NCBI GenBank assembly: GCA_028534125.1
Contig: CM052817.1
Coordinates: 74,216,001 to 74,280,000, forward strand
Length of the DNA: 64,000 bases
Origin: Lama glama
Lineage: Eukaryota
Reading direction: 5' to 3'
The notes under the pieces are model-generated. The model had not been told where the DNA came from. It was given only the letters and a program-made list of their open reading frames with translations, and did not search any database. A program made the position numbers and the translations under genes. Below are positions 1-12,300 of this stretch, piece after piece; within the stretch, counting starts at the first letter, position 1; every line of letters starts with the position of its first letter.

Positions 1-1279
1 TCTGGGAGAAAAAATGAGGGAAAAAAGTGACTTTACTAAATTTTAACATGGCTAGAAAGTGAAAGAATCAGGATTTGAATTCAGGTCATCCAAACGCCAT
101 GTTCTTAACTCTTGTGTCTAACAGAAAGATGGTCCCACCCTGCAGCACAGAGAAGGTAGTATTTAACTATGTGATGAGGTAGTCTGAAAAATAGCCTAGT
201 AAGACATAACACTGGGATGTACCAGGAAGCACAATGTCCCTACCTTGAAAGGATTCCAGACTTGGTACAGGAGGCAGTGGGGACCTGCTACATCTGAGCC
301 AGAAAGTCGGTGATACTGACTGAGGGTCTTTCCTAAGTACAGTGACTCTAGTATAAAGGTTTTGCAAAGGTTGAGGAAATAAAGGAAGGCAAAAATGTAC
401 ATGTGGAAATGTGTATGTACAAGAACATGGAGACAAAAATTAATGCATTAATTTTTGTTCATTTATTCAACAACATAAGTCTCTAATGTTAGAGGCATTG
501 TTATCGATATCAGGAACACTAGGAACAAACAGATGATCCCTGTGCTTAAGCAGTTCATCGCCTGGCAAAGGCAGTTACAGGGCAATGATTAAGCAGCCAG
601 CCTGAATAGGTCAGATGATGTAGAGAGTTTATTGGAGAACAGTGAGTGAAAAGGTTAACAGGTAAAAAGGGAAGACATTATGGAGAATTTTGAGGGTCAG
701 AGAAATTTGAATTTGGTTGTAAAAACATGTTAATTGTACATTTCTGACATACACAATAAATACCTGTTGAATGAAGGATCATAATTCTTAAATGCATTCA
801 AAGCCCTGGCCTAGAAACTATTTTTCTCATTTCTGTACTTGGATAACTACTGCAAGAGAGAATCATTTATTAGAATCTCTCAATCCACCAATAATCTTGG
901 AAAATAAGGGAAGGATTCTTTTTACTATAATAGGCCAGTTCTTATGAGAAATGACTCATATAATACCTCTCTGTTTTGAAATATCTACAAAAAATTCCAA
1001 AGCATAGCTGATTTTTCCCCTCCTGGAAATGACTCCCTCAAACAGACGTTCTTGGAATTTATCAAATAGCCCATTTTCTCCTTGAATTAAACTCCTAAGA
1101 ACCATCGCAGAAGTCATGGGGTAAAAGATCCACCTTCCCTTTCCAACCTGCTCACAAAACTAACAAGTCACAGCGTTTAGCCTCCTAGGTCACAGAGGAG
1201 AGGTCATTTTTAAATGGCAATATTCATTCAATATCTATACCCAATGCTTTTGACTCTTTCCTAATACATTGACTTAGAC

Positions 1280-1460
1280 ATATAACCACAGTGCTCTGTG
1301 CCTCAGATCCATTATCCATAAAACAGAATTACAATAGATCTACCTGATAGGATTTGTGTTACCACAGTATCAAATTTAGTACCTATGCCACAAGTATTCA
1401 ATAATGCTTGGCCCACTGTAAACCCTCAGTAAAAATCAGCACTCATCATTGTTATTACTG
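1280..1460 (+). mobile_element. MIR SINE remnant
   Basis: ctctgtgcctcagatccattatccataaaacagaattacaatagatctacctgataggatttg...cttggcccactgtaaaccctcagtaaaaatcagc resembles the MIR core and tail. Confidence 0.6.
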
Positions 1461-1499
1461 TACCCATTGTAATGTCTATCAGTGGTTTACATCTAATTT

Positions 1500-2085
1500 T
1501 ACATATTTTACAAATGTATTTACTGCTAAAACAATTCAAACAGTACAAAAAAGAAGAAGTAAAGACCCAAATCCTATCTTTTCCACCTCCAGTTCCCTTG
1601 GTCCCACCCTCTGAAAGTATCATTGTCTGTACGTCCTTCCAGACATATTTTACACCAGGAAATAAAAGTATATATTCAGACACTTTCTTTTTTGTTTACA
1701 TAAACTGTTCTATAATTTGCTTTCCTTTCATCTAATGATATGTGTTGTACACATTTCCATGTATATTTACATCATCTTCCTAACCAACACAGTCAATTTT
1801 GGGTGCACTGGCTCCAAAATTTATTTATTTATTCATTTATGTAATCTCCAATTGATAGACATGGAGGTGTGTCCAATTTTTACCATTACCAAACTATGCC
1901 TCAATAAACCTTTTATACGTGTACATACACACTTTGGTGATTTTGTCATCCTAGAGGTATGGTTGCTAGATCAACGGCTATATCTATATTATCTATATTT
2001 CAATTAGGTATTAATTGTGTAATTAGATAATAATTATATTTCAGTTGTCAAACTGCTTCTAGAAAATAATACACCTCAGTGGTAT
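1500..2085 (-). mobile_element. Ancient L1 (L1ME-like) 3' fragment
   Basis: ccaattgatagacatggaggtgtgtccaatttttaccattacc...cctagaggtatggttgctagatc matches the reverse complement of old L1 3' regions. Confidence 0.55.
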
Positions 2086-4364
2086 ATGTTTAAAGTCTTA
2101 CCAAAGATTACATTAATTAGTAAGAATAGAAATATAGGGACTCCAGCACAAAGAACAAATATGATGTGATCCCTGTGCTTATCCACTGGTATACATAGTT
2201 ACAGAAGATTAAGGAACCAGCCTGAACAGACCAGAGGCACAGAGGATCGATCTTTTCTGGCAAATAGTGAATGTATGCCATGAAATTAAAGTAAAAACCA
2301 TCATGTAAAAACTTTTATCCTGCTTATCTGATATCCTTGTCTTATTTTGTTGTAAGACTAAAGTTTTGCTTTTCAGACAACATATTCTCAGAAAAAAGCA
2401 CTGACATATTTAAGCAGTGTAAATGCCTTTTAGTAGTATGTCATGGATACTCAAGGATGCAATCTAAAGTTTAGCAAGACGTTAACTCTGACTTATCATC
2501 AGTCTACAAGCTGGAGAGACAGGTGACATGACCACATTCCTTCTCCCTCCCATTCTGCCCCACTTTCCAATCTCCCTCCATGCCTAAAAAGTGATTTATA
2601 TAATCCATAATCATCTTGTTCACATCCCCAAAGATAATAAGACCTATGAGAAATAAAAATTATACCTATATAAAACAAACCACACTTCGGGAACTCTAAT
2701 ATAGTTATACAGAGAGCACACACAAAATATTTTGAGTATAGAGACAAAATTGTTCTGGTACAAATTTAAATGAAGGAACTCATTTCTATGCATCTGCATT
2801 CATTAAAATACACATGTCAATTTGTGTTTTGATAAACCGAAGTCACCAACTTTTAGGAATAGATTTATGAACAAGAGACAGTCATTCTTTTAAGAAAACT
2901 ACTAGACACTTTCATAATGTAGACGTTGCTGGGGAATTATGAGTCATGTTAAGAAGCAAGTTCCACTATTTGTTTATTTCATTTCAAATGAGTATGTACT
3001 TAAGCATCCTACATTCCTGCTTGTCCATAACATCTCCATCTGGTTCTTTCTGAATATCAAATTTTACAAAATTGTTTCTGTGGAAACACAAGCATATAAT
3101 ATTCAATGGGCAACTGAAACTGAATTAACTTCAGAGGTACCGACCAAAGTCAGCCAAGACTGAGGCTACTTTTTATGAAACACCCTAAGAAATACTGCCA
3201 ACTTTAAACAGGCAGCCATTTCACTGCCCTGTCAAAGGGTTATTTTTAATAAGCTCATAATTGTATGTTGCCCATCTTTACTTTTGTCAATGACATTTAA
3301 GCAAATTCCAATTCATAATAAAGGCCAAGGGAGGATAAACCTTTGGTTGAGAAAATTACCATATACAGAATATAGCATTTCTTTTTCCTGCCGATTCTTG
3401 GAGGCTAAGACACTGGTAAGAGAGTAGCTGTTTCAACTCCAGGAGAGTCACTGGTACCAGTTTTGTTCGCTTAATTCCAAAGCCTAGGCTGGTGCCACAC
3501 TTCCCAGCCTTGGTAATAAAGGCTTCTTCTCCTCCTTAGCTCTAAATAGCTGTATCAAATAACCAACCCCTTCAGGTCAAGAAACTACAACGACGAAAAT
3601 AAATATGCTTCCCTCCAAAACAGGCAAGGAAGTGTAAAACTGTGAAGGTAACAAACACAAGGGGCCCAGGTAAACTGTGCCAGCTACCTATCCAGGAAGA
3701 CCACCCAATTCAATTTTCCCTGCCTGAGAAGAAAGTGGTCAGAGCAAACTCAACTGGCAAGAGTAGGCTCAGCTGTGTCAGTCAGCTGGTATTTGAAAAA
3801 ACTAGAGTAGTAAAATGCCAGGCAGCCCTTAGGATGAGCCCAGGACACTAGGAGGGCACTCTTCCTACCCTCTTCAGGAATAGACTGGAGGCAGGGAGCC
3901 TGATTCAGCCTTCAGAAAAGATCCAAAAGAGTATATTGCCAGAATAATTTTGAATTCTTAAATCTCCATTAATAAAAGTTTTAGTTAAACTAAAACCAAT
4001 GTATGTATTCAATCATCACTTACTGACAACCCACAAAATCAGGCATTGATGAAAAATTAGCACAGGCATGGGTATATTTTCTTTAATAATTTTGTTTGCT
4101 ATAATCCAAATCCACACTTCTCTTTACTAGATTAATTCCCCTAAAGCACTCTTCCTTCATGTCACATCCCTGCTCAAAAGGCTTCCTGTTCTCCCCAGGG
4201 AAAAGCCCTTTTGGCAACGTTATAGCCTGTCATTTCAAACATAAACACCCTCCACTATGCAGGTAATTAATTTTACCATCCCCGAACAGAGCTTTTATTT
4301 ATTCTTGCTTCTGGTTCCTCTGTTCCTGCAAGTCTCAACAAGTGGAATACTATTCACTTGCTGT

Positions 4365-4770
4365 CCGAAGCAGGCTGGATTTGCTGGGTAGCAGACTGAG
4401 ATGGAGTTCAGCATGCCCAACATTTATCAGAGGAATGCCCTTGGGATCAAACCTGAGGGAAGGAGAAGAAGGATGCAGACTTGGGAAGAGGGAGAATTGA
4501 GCTATGACACAGCCATGGCAGCCTCAGAAACACTTTGAGGAACTCTGTGGCTAAAACGTCCCTTCAGCCTTGTCTCCAGTTTGCCGAAATGGTCAGGCCT
4601 TTACATTCCACCCTGAAACCCCAAGGGCTATCGGCCATGCCAGGAAGGTTGTGACCTTTGGCTAGCTGGCTCTACAAAGGCAATCCCTGAAGGGGCTGAT
4701 AACATTCCCAGTAGCTGAGAGAGCAAGAACTTCTTTGAAGGGTTATCTGGGAAGCACATCACCATATGCA
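4365..4770. mobile_element. Solo ERVL-type LTR (LTR16-like)
   Basis: gcagactgagatggagttcagcatg...gcccttgggatcaaacctg...gggagaattgagctatga...gcaatccctgaaggggctga...gaagggttatctggg resembles recalled ERVL LTR consensus. The subfamily is uncertain. Confidence 0.6.
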
Positions 4771-4974
4771 CTACTCTTCCTGCCCAAATCATCTCATCCT
4801 TTAAGGCTCAGCTCTAATCTACTTCTACCTCATACAGTCCTCGAACACATAACACTATCACTTAATAAAACTCTCATTGTGTTATGTAACATTTCAAAAA
4901 TGTTATTTCCAACAAGCTATACAGGCTGCTGGAAGGTAAGAATTATAAGTTACATGATCTGCTAATTTCTTTAC

Positions 4975-5158
4975 ACAGGGATAAGCTTTTTACACTGAAG
5001 TCCAGAGAGTCAATATTCTATGTTTTGTGTACCACATATGGCTTCCATTGCATTTTTTTAACATACACTTTTAAAAATGTAAAAACCTTTTTAAGCTCAT
5101 TGGTCATATAAAAATAGGTCAGCTGCAGCCCATGGGCCATTATTTACCAACTTTTGCT
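4975..5158. mobile_element. hAT-Charlie DNA transposon remnant (MER58-like)
   Basis: caggg start, internal aaaaatgtaaaaacc...agctc...ggtcatataaaaataggtc, and gcccatgggcca...ccaac end. Confidence 0.6.
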
Positions 5159-5164
5159 TCAGAA

Positions 5165-5477
5165 CAGTACTGTCAAATGGCAATTTAATGGAAGACATAA
5201 ATGCAAATCACGTATGTCGTGTTAAATTGTGTGGCAGCCACAGTAAAAAAGCAAAAAGCAATATGTGCACTCAATTTCAATACGGTTTATTTAATCCAAA
5301 ATATTTAAATATTTCAACATAGAATCAATATAAAAATATCAACGAGCTATTTTACATTCTAAGTCTTTGAAATCTAGTGTGTATTTTCACTTACATCAAA
5401 TTTCAGTTCAGGCTAGCCACATTTTAAGTGCTCATTAGCCACACAGAGCTAGTGGATACCATACTGGAGAGCACAGC
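5165..5477. mobile_element. hAT-Charlie DNA transposon MER33-like, near full length
   Basis: cagtactgtcaaat start; ctaagtctttgaaatctagtgtgtattttcacttaca; ctagccacattttaagtgctcattagccacacagagctagtggataccatactggagagcacag end. Confidence 0.8.
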
Positions 5478-8400
5478 TAAATACAGGGAGGATGGTATTT
5501 TCATAAATGTGAATTTGTTCATTTAAAGAGCATATACTGAGTTCTAGTCATTGACAATGCAGATAAATCTGTGCTAAATATGAGAATATAGATTCAATAG
5601 GAGTCAATTTTTCCCCTTAAACAGCCCAGAGTTTAGTGGAGGATACAGACAGGGGATGTAATAACAATGTAATATGTTAGTGGCCTGGAGGACGGCTATA
5701 GTAGAATACAAAAGGTAGGTCTTTATTGGTCACCAAATCCATAAAAACTTCTTCAGTGTACTACAGGGTCATTAAAAGCATAATTTTTTAAAGTTAAAAC
5801 AGTTCAGACTTTTAAAAATAACTTTCTTGCTTTAAATACCGTCTGAATGAGAGAAATTAATTTGGGACACAACAGAATAACTCCACACAACTGGATAATA
5901 AGTGCACAAAGGTTCACGATGAACCAAATATCCTATTTTACAGAACACATAAAATGGAAGGTATATTTCAAACACATTTTTGAAAATGTATTTCAAGCTT
6001 CTTCCACAGGTGCAGCTTTCTATTTCTTATCACACTGAGTTTTTTTTTTAAAAAGGAACAGGCGCTTCATGTGGCAAAATGATGCTGGTGGCATTTCAAC
6101 CAAATAGTTAAGAAGCTTTTGTCTTGCATAATTTTATGCAATTAAATTTTATGATTCCCCAGAAAATATAATTGATATAAAAAAGTCTTAGAAACACAGT
6201 ACTATTCCTGAAGAGATAAAATAGGGCCTGCTTTCTCTATGGTCTGGGAGTCAGAATGAATACTAAAATAAAATCTGAATATTTTCTATAAATATACAAG
6301 ATTAGCATTTCCATCAGTTTCCCCCCCAATAACCTAACAAGCTTCCTAAACATTTAGTCCTTAACATTTCTGGAATGAAAATAAAATAATCTGTTTTTTT
6401 CTTTGTGTACATTGAAATTTAATGGTTATAAACTATCTCATTGTACTGGGATATTCTGGCATATTTTACTAATTGTGAAAAACAAACTCCAGTGTTATAA
6501 GAAAAATGGGAAATTAATTTCCTTGACTAGCAATTTAAATTTTACTAACCTGAAGTAACCTGATTAAAAGCAAGTCCATAACTAAATTTTCTTCTTAATA
6601 GAAACATGCATATTTTAATATATACTGATAAAGAATAAATACACATTTAAAATCACATTAACAATGTGTAATGTCGGCCTAAATTCTTGACATTTTCTAT
6701 GCTATCTTTCTCACACTGGAGCAGAAGGATTATTGATGTGGAGAAGGAGGTAGAGAGCAGGGAGTGTTACATACACTTGGGAAAATGTCATAAAACCTAT
6801 AGATCCTATTCTCAGAAAAACTAAAATTTTCATACACACTATAAAGCTCACAATGAATCCATAAAAGTTCATTTACTCCAGGTTAAGAATCTATCCACTA
6901 AAAAGTAGATCGAATTTATCAGTGAATAAAGCATTGAAATTAAGTGACCAAGAAAGTATTATCGATGCATCCTTTACACTACTACAAGTAAATGTTGCAT
7001 GAGAATAAGTTGCCTCAATAAAATAAGAGTGTCTAAAATTTATAGCGGGCATCAAACAATCCACAGTAGGTAAAGTGAAAAGATGATGAGTAGATTCGGT
7101 TGCTGCTACCATGCTGTATTTGATTAGAGACAGGGGATGTTCCAGAAATACCTCTTCTTTCATAAAAAGTGATAGATGGAACCCAGCACTCCCTACTTCA
7201 AAACCTCACTGACCTAAATGATGGGTATCTGAGAATATTCTTTACTATCTTTGCAACTCTCTGGCAAATGTAGAATTACTTCAAAATAAAAAAGTTCTAA
7301 CAAAGATGTGCTTCTGAGAGATGACTCAGTGTAGTTTTTGTTTCCTCCACAGACCTGTGTAGACTGGAGATTGAGTTTTCTTCAAAACTGATGGTGAATG
7401 GAATTTAAAGGGAAGAAATATTACATTTGTCTTCTGAGTAAGACTTCCAACCTTTTTTTTTTTTTATTTTTAAAGGTAAGAAGTTATTGTCATGAATTCA
7501 AAGCAAACCATCCTATCAATCTCTGAGCAAAACATTCTCAGAGAAAAGGAGCCCTGGCAGAGTTGTCGACAGCCATGCAAGCCTGTTTCACAGCAGAATG
7601 TTCCTCCCTGCTAGGGGAGGGGGCGGGCGGCGGGGGTGAGACAAGAACAAGCAGACACGGCAGTATGTCTCATGTCAAGATAGAGGCTAAAGACAGAAAA
7701 CTGCTACTTTTGAAAACTGTACAGTTTAATGGGTCATTCATAAGTAAAGGAGCTGCTACTCAACTCATAAGATGTTAAGAGATGTGGAAATGCTTTTCCA
7801 ATAGTTGTACTGAGCCACACACATTTTCTATGGGAAATAGCTTCTCTCTAAAATGTATCCCTAAAATTAGCTAACTTTTATCAAGGATTGATTTAATGCT
7901 ATTAAATCAGGAGTGAACATCCTCTCAACCACTTTATGTAGCACTTACTGAGTAGGCATAAACTTTTGATTAAAGTAAAAAAGCCTGTGTGAAGAACTCC
8001 AATTCTAAACTGGCACATTTACAGCACTGTTACAGAATGGAAATGATTGATCCAGTAATAGGAACTCTCCCATTTAAGTCAGATGAAAACAAGCCATTCC
8101 CTAGTTAAATAAAAATGGTAACTTTGACTCCTTATCCAAACTAGGAAAGGTAAAGCACTGGCATAAAACTGAATAGTAAAATAAGCAAATCTAAATTTTT
8201 AAAAAATACTACAGTAATAATACCTCCCAAGAAACAAAGTGACTTTATAAAAAACAAATGTTCTGATGTGTAAAGGAAAATAGCTGGCTATTTTACCAAA
8301 GAATGCACACATTGGAGTGATTTTAAAGGATAGTGTGGCTAAAACTTGGCCCAGTATTTAGTAGTATTTAACATTTCCTCAGTAAAATAGGTAGTAAAGT

Positions 8401-8999
8401 AACCGATAGCAAGCTGCTTCTTAAGTTCACATTAGTAAGTAAGCCAGAACCAAAGGTGGACTCGAATAACATTCAAGCTGGTATATTAGGAAACCATATG
8501 TAATAAATTAAATGATTGAGGCAAAGTTGCATTATCAACTATTTAGATCCACGTGAAGTGTTTCCAGTTCCTGTTGTATACATAAAGAACAAAGCATCTT
8601 TAATCAACCATCTTGAACATTCAAATATTTAAATTTTGTTTTCTCCAACAAAATATTCTCCATACTTTCACAGGTCTTTTCTGTCATTCTTCAAAATTAC
8701 ATGTTATAGAAGATAAGATATAGCACATATAGGTATGGCTGGCCATATGAAATACAACCGGGAAAAAAACCACCTTGTACCACAGCAGACCTATAAGTGA
8801 AATGTGATAGCAGGCCACCATTCTTGTTGTGTTGTAAGCAAGCACATTACTGGGGTTCATAAATAGAAAATTAGTTTAGAAACTCTGAGGTAAGCTTCTT
8901 ATTTTACTCCTCACCGCTTGACTCATGCTGCATATCCATGCCCAGTTATGATCTCCACATCTGAGAGGGAATGCAGAGAAATAAAAAGGAAGGAAGCCC

Positions 9000-9340
9000 A
9001 CACAGATGATGAAAGGGTTGGAAAAAGAAGAAAGATCACAAGGATAGAGTGTTCAGGCTGTGAAGAAAACTCTGAGAGGAGACTTTTTAATGTCCTTGAA
9101 ATACACGGGCTCTTATATTGAGAATGGTAACCAGCTGTTCTCCATCTCTATTTAGGACAAACCAGAAGAAAATGGCTTAAATCAAAGCAAAGATAGATTT
9201 AGGTTACTAAGGGAAACTGTGGAATCTTTTCCAGAATCATTTAAAACTAGACAGATATTTACCGAAGGGGATTAAGGTACAGGAGTGAGAACTATAATCT
9301 GATTTACAAGACCCTTTTAAACTCTTAACTTCTATGTAGT
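9000..9340 (+). mobile_element. CR1/L3 LINE 3' remnant
   Basis: cagctgttctccatctcta...ggacaaaccagaagaaaatggcttaaat...agatttaggtt and terminal gacccttttaaactcttaacttctatg resemble the CR1/L3 3' end. Confidence 0.55.
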
Positions 9341-12300
9341 CTTTATCAAAACATATATTAAAATGTATAGAGAACTATTAGATATTATTGAACACAAGTC
9401 AATTACTCTGAATTACAGGAAGGAGACAATGAAAAGAAAATTGCTTTGGCTCAAACCATAATGTGAGACACTGGACAAGATTTTTAACCACAGAATGCTT
9501 CAGTTCTGTGGAAACATTCATCTCTAGAAGGGGGCTATAATAGTATTCACCTTGTAAAAGTATTCTGATGATAAAAAAAATAACAATTTCTTAGACATAA
9601 TAGATGCTCAGTTAATATTGGTTCCCTTTCATTCATTGATAGATGCAACACACGAGGTCTTGAATTTTCCAAAAGGAACAGAGCTCTAATACCATCAAAC
9701 TTCCCTGAATTTGTGTTTGTATTATTCACAGAAGTCAAAAGCAGGAAAGTACAAGTACCAACCATCAAAAAAGACCTCTCTCTAGTCTGTAATTTCTCTC
9801 ATTCTCTCCTCTTCCTCTCTCTCAAGTTTCCCCTGGAGTTCAGAGGTCTGAGCCTTATTTTGAACATCATCATGTTACTATAATAAAGGAAAATTATGGT
9901 AAATCAAAAGGAATCCACCTTTTCCGTCACAGGTCATCACAGCTCACTTTTTAAGTGGTTCACAACAAAGTCAGTGTTGGTATAATCCGAAGGCTTCTAT
10001 GGTATTTCAGCATTCAGAAAACAAAATTTGGGGACAGATTCTCCATGAGCAACTAACTCTACAAACAACCCCAGAAACTGGGCTGCATGGCTGAAGAGTC
10101 TCTTTACTGACAATTAAATGAAAGAAGAATTACAGTTCACATCTTTTAGCCTTGCTATCTGTTGCCTGGTAACTGGCCTTCTGCACTTTGACCATTTCAC
10201 GGATAGTACAGTAGAAGTATTTAAGCATGCAAATTACCTAGTAATTTTCACATCAAGAGCAGAGTAAAGTTTTACTTCATCCCTAAAGTTTCCTTCTTTA
10301 GGAATAATGTTTTTAAAAAGCTAAACCTTCCTGACAGTCTATAACCTACCCATAGAACATGTTATCAAATTAAACATGTTTCATTCCCTTCAAAATAAAA
10401 AGGGTTTTGGTTTTTCTGGTGTTTGTTTTTAATGGAACCAAATTACATGAAATTTTAAGGACAGAAAAATATTGATAGAGGGAGCTGATCTGGCTTTAAA
10501 ACAGGAAATTATTTTCCTGTCTATTTTTTGTGAATAAACCACCCCATCATCTATAAAATAAATTACATTCTCTCAAAATCATCTTATTTCTCTAAGTTAC
10601 TTATATTATGATCAACTTTCCCTTAGAGAAATTTTACATGTAGTCAAAAATTTTTTTTCAATTCCAGGGAAGTTAAGATCAGTGATCATTTTTTGCAGTT
10701 TAAGAATATTATGTTTTATAAATTTAAATACACATTAATGCAATTATATCAGGTTCAGAATTGAAAGAAATGGTTAAAATATTGGTCGTATACCTTCCAA
10801 TTCAATTAGAACACAGGAAAAGCCAAAAAAAAAAAAACAAACAAACTAGTAAAGAAGAGAAGATTAGGTATATGGGTATGTGAACCTAGAAGGTAAAAGG
10901 TATAGGGTGAAATGATTTAATTGAGAGCTGATTATCTGAATCTAACTAGAATGTACCAAAGAATCAAGGTAGTGTGACAGTCTTCCAAATGCCACATGTC
11001 CCTGAATTCAAAGTGTCTGAAAGACCCAAGACCACAGGGTATCTACACAGATAAACCAAGTGCACTATGCTCTGCTTCCAAGGAGGCCTTTACATGCAGA
11101 GCAGAAGTGAAAAGCTAAAGCTATGAGAGGTGCAGGCATATATAAGAGAGCCTTCAGCACCGAGTATAAACTTCGCAGAAAACAAGCAGGAATTAACTAG
11201 GTAAACTCCCTTTTAATTTGTGAGTAAAAGCAGCCTCAGGTTTCGGAATAGCGCATATTTTTACTTTAATGCCATGTGGGGAAAGGGGCAAACCAGCACT
11301 TTTTTCCTTATTTATTTCCATAGCCTGCTGCTGATGTGAGAAGCAAAATATAGAAAGAAATCAGGATATTTGGAAGGTAATAGTTTTGAGTGCCAATCTT
11401 TTTGAGGACACTGGATCTCAAAAGTACAGATTTCCAGAGACATGCACATATCCGGATATTTAAGAACTAGGATACTCTGACAAGACTTACTCACATAGTT
11501 TGGGAATAACTGTTATTTTTCAAAAAGGTCAAAAGATTTCAATGGCATATGTAGACTACAGCAGGTTAAGCTATATTTATTTAGTAGGGTACAGAACATA
11601 AGCTAGAAACTCATCACTAACTAGTCTGACAAGAGAAAACAATTCTAGAACTTAAGAGGATATGTTAACTAATTAATCTTTGTCTGGACTTTTATTCCCA
11701 TCAAATCTCTGGCACAAATTCAAGACATGCAAACAGTTCTTTAAGGCTGGGTGAACAAAAGCCAAGGAACTAAAGCTATAAATACAGAGACACTCAAAGC
11801 TCCCAAGACTTTGAGGCCATGTGTCTCTACCCCACAAAGACAATAAACACACCTTGCTCTCTAGCACCTAACTAAAATTACTGTTCAAAACACACATAAA
11901 AGTGCACACATACACACACCGTCAGTCCCAAGTGTCAATAAATTATTTCTTTTCCTTATTTATTCAGGGAAGATGAAAAACGTGGGATTATAATTAAGGG
12001 GTAAATATTTTAATTGGGACAGAAATGCAGATCTGGTAGAATGTACCCTATTAACCAAACCTTAGATAAGTTTTAAAATTCCATGTGTGGCCCCAGCAGT
12101 ATCCTGTGGACTGTTTCTACTGACATATCACTGCTGTCTCAGCTGTTGCTGCCACTACAACTTCAGCAGCTAGGTGAGGCAGTACCAGAGTGGAAGGTAA
12201 GTTTGTGCTATTTTCAGAGAAAATACAGAATCAAAGACTGCTGACTTAAGGTATCTTAAATTCATACTGAGAAACAGGAAACTGCCTCAACAAGCACTCG

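Noticed and set aside
11153..11170. REST/NRSE left half-site TTCAGCACC
   Set aside because: No GGACAG right half at a suitable spacing.
12278..12300. tgcctcaacaagcac resembles part of the phospholamban coding sequence
   Set aside because: Only ~15 nt; the flanks do not encode PLN.
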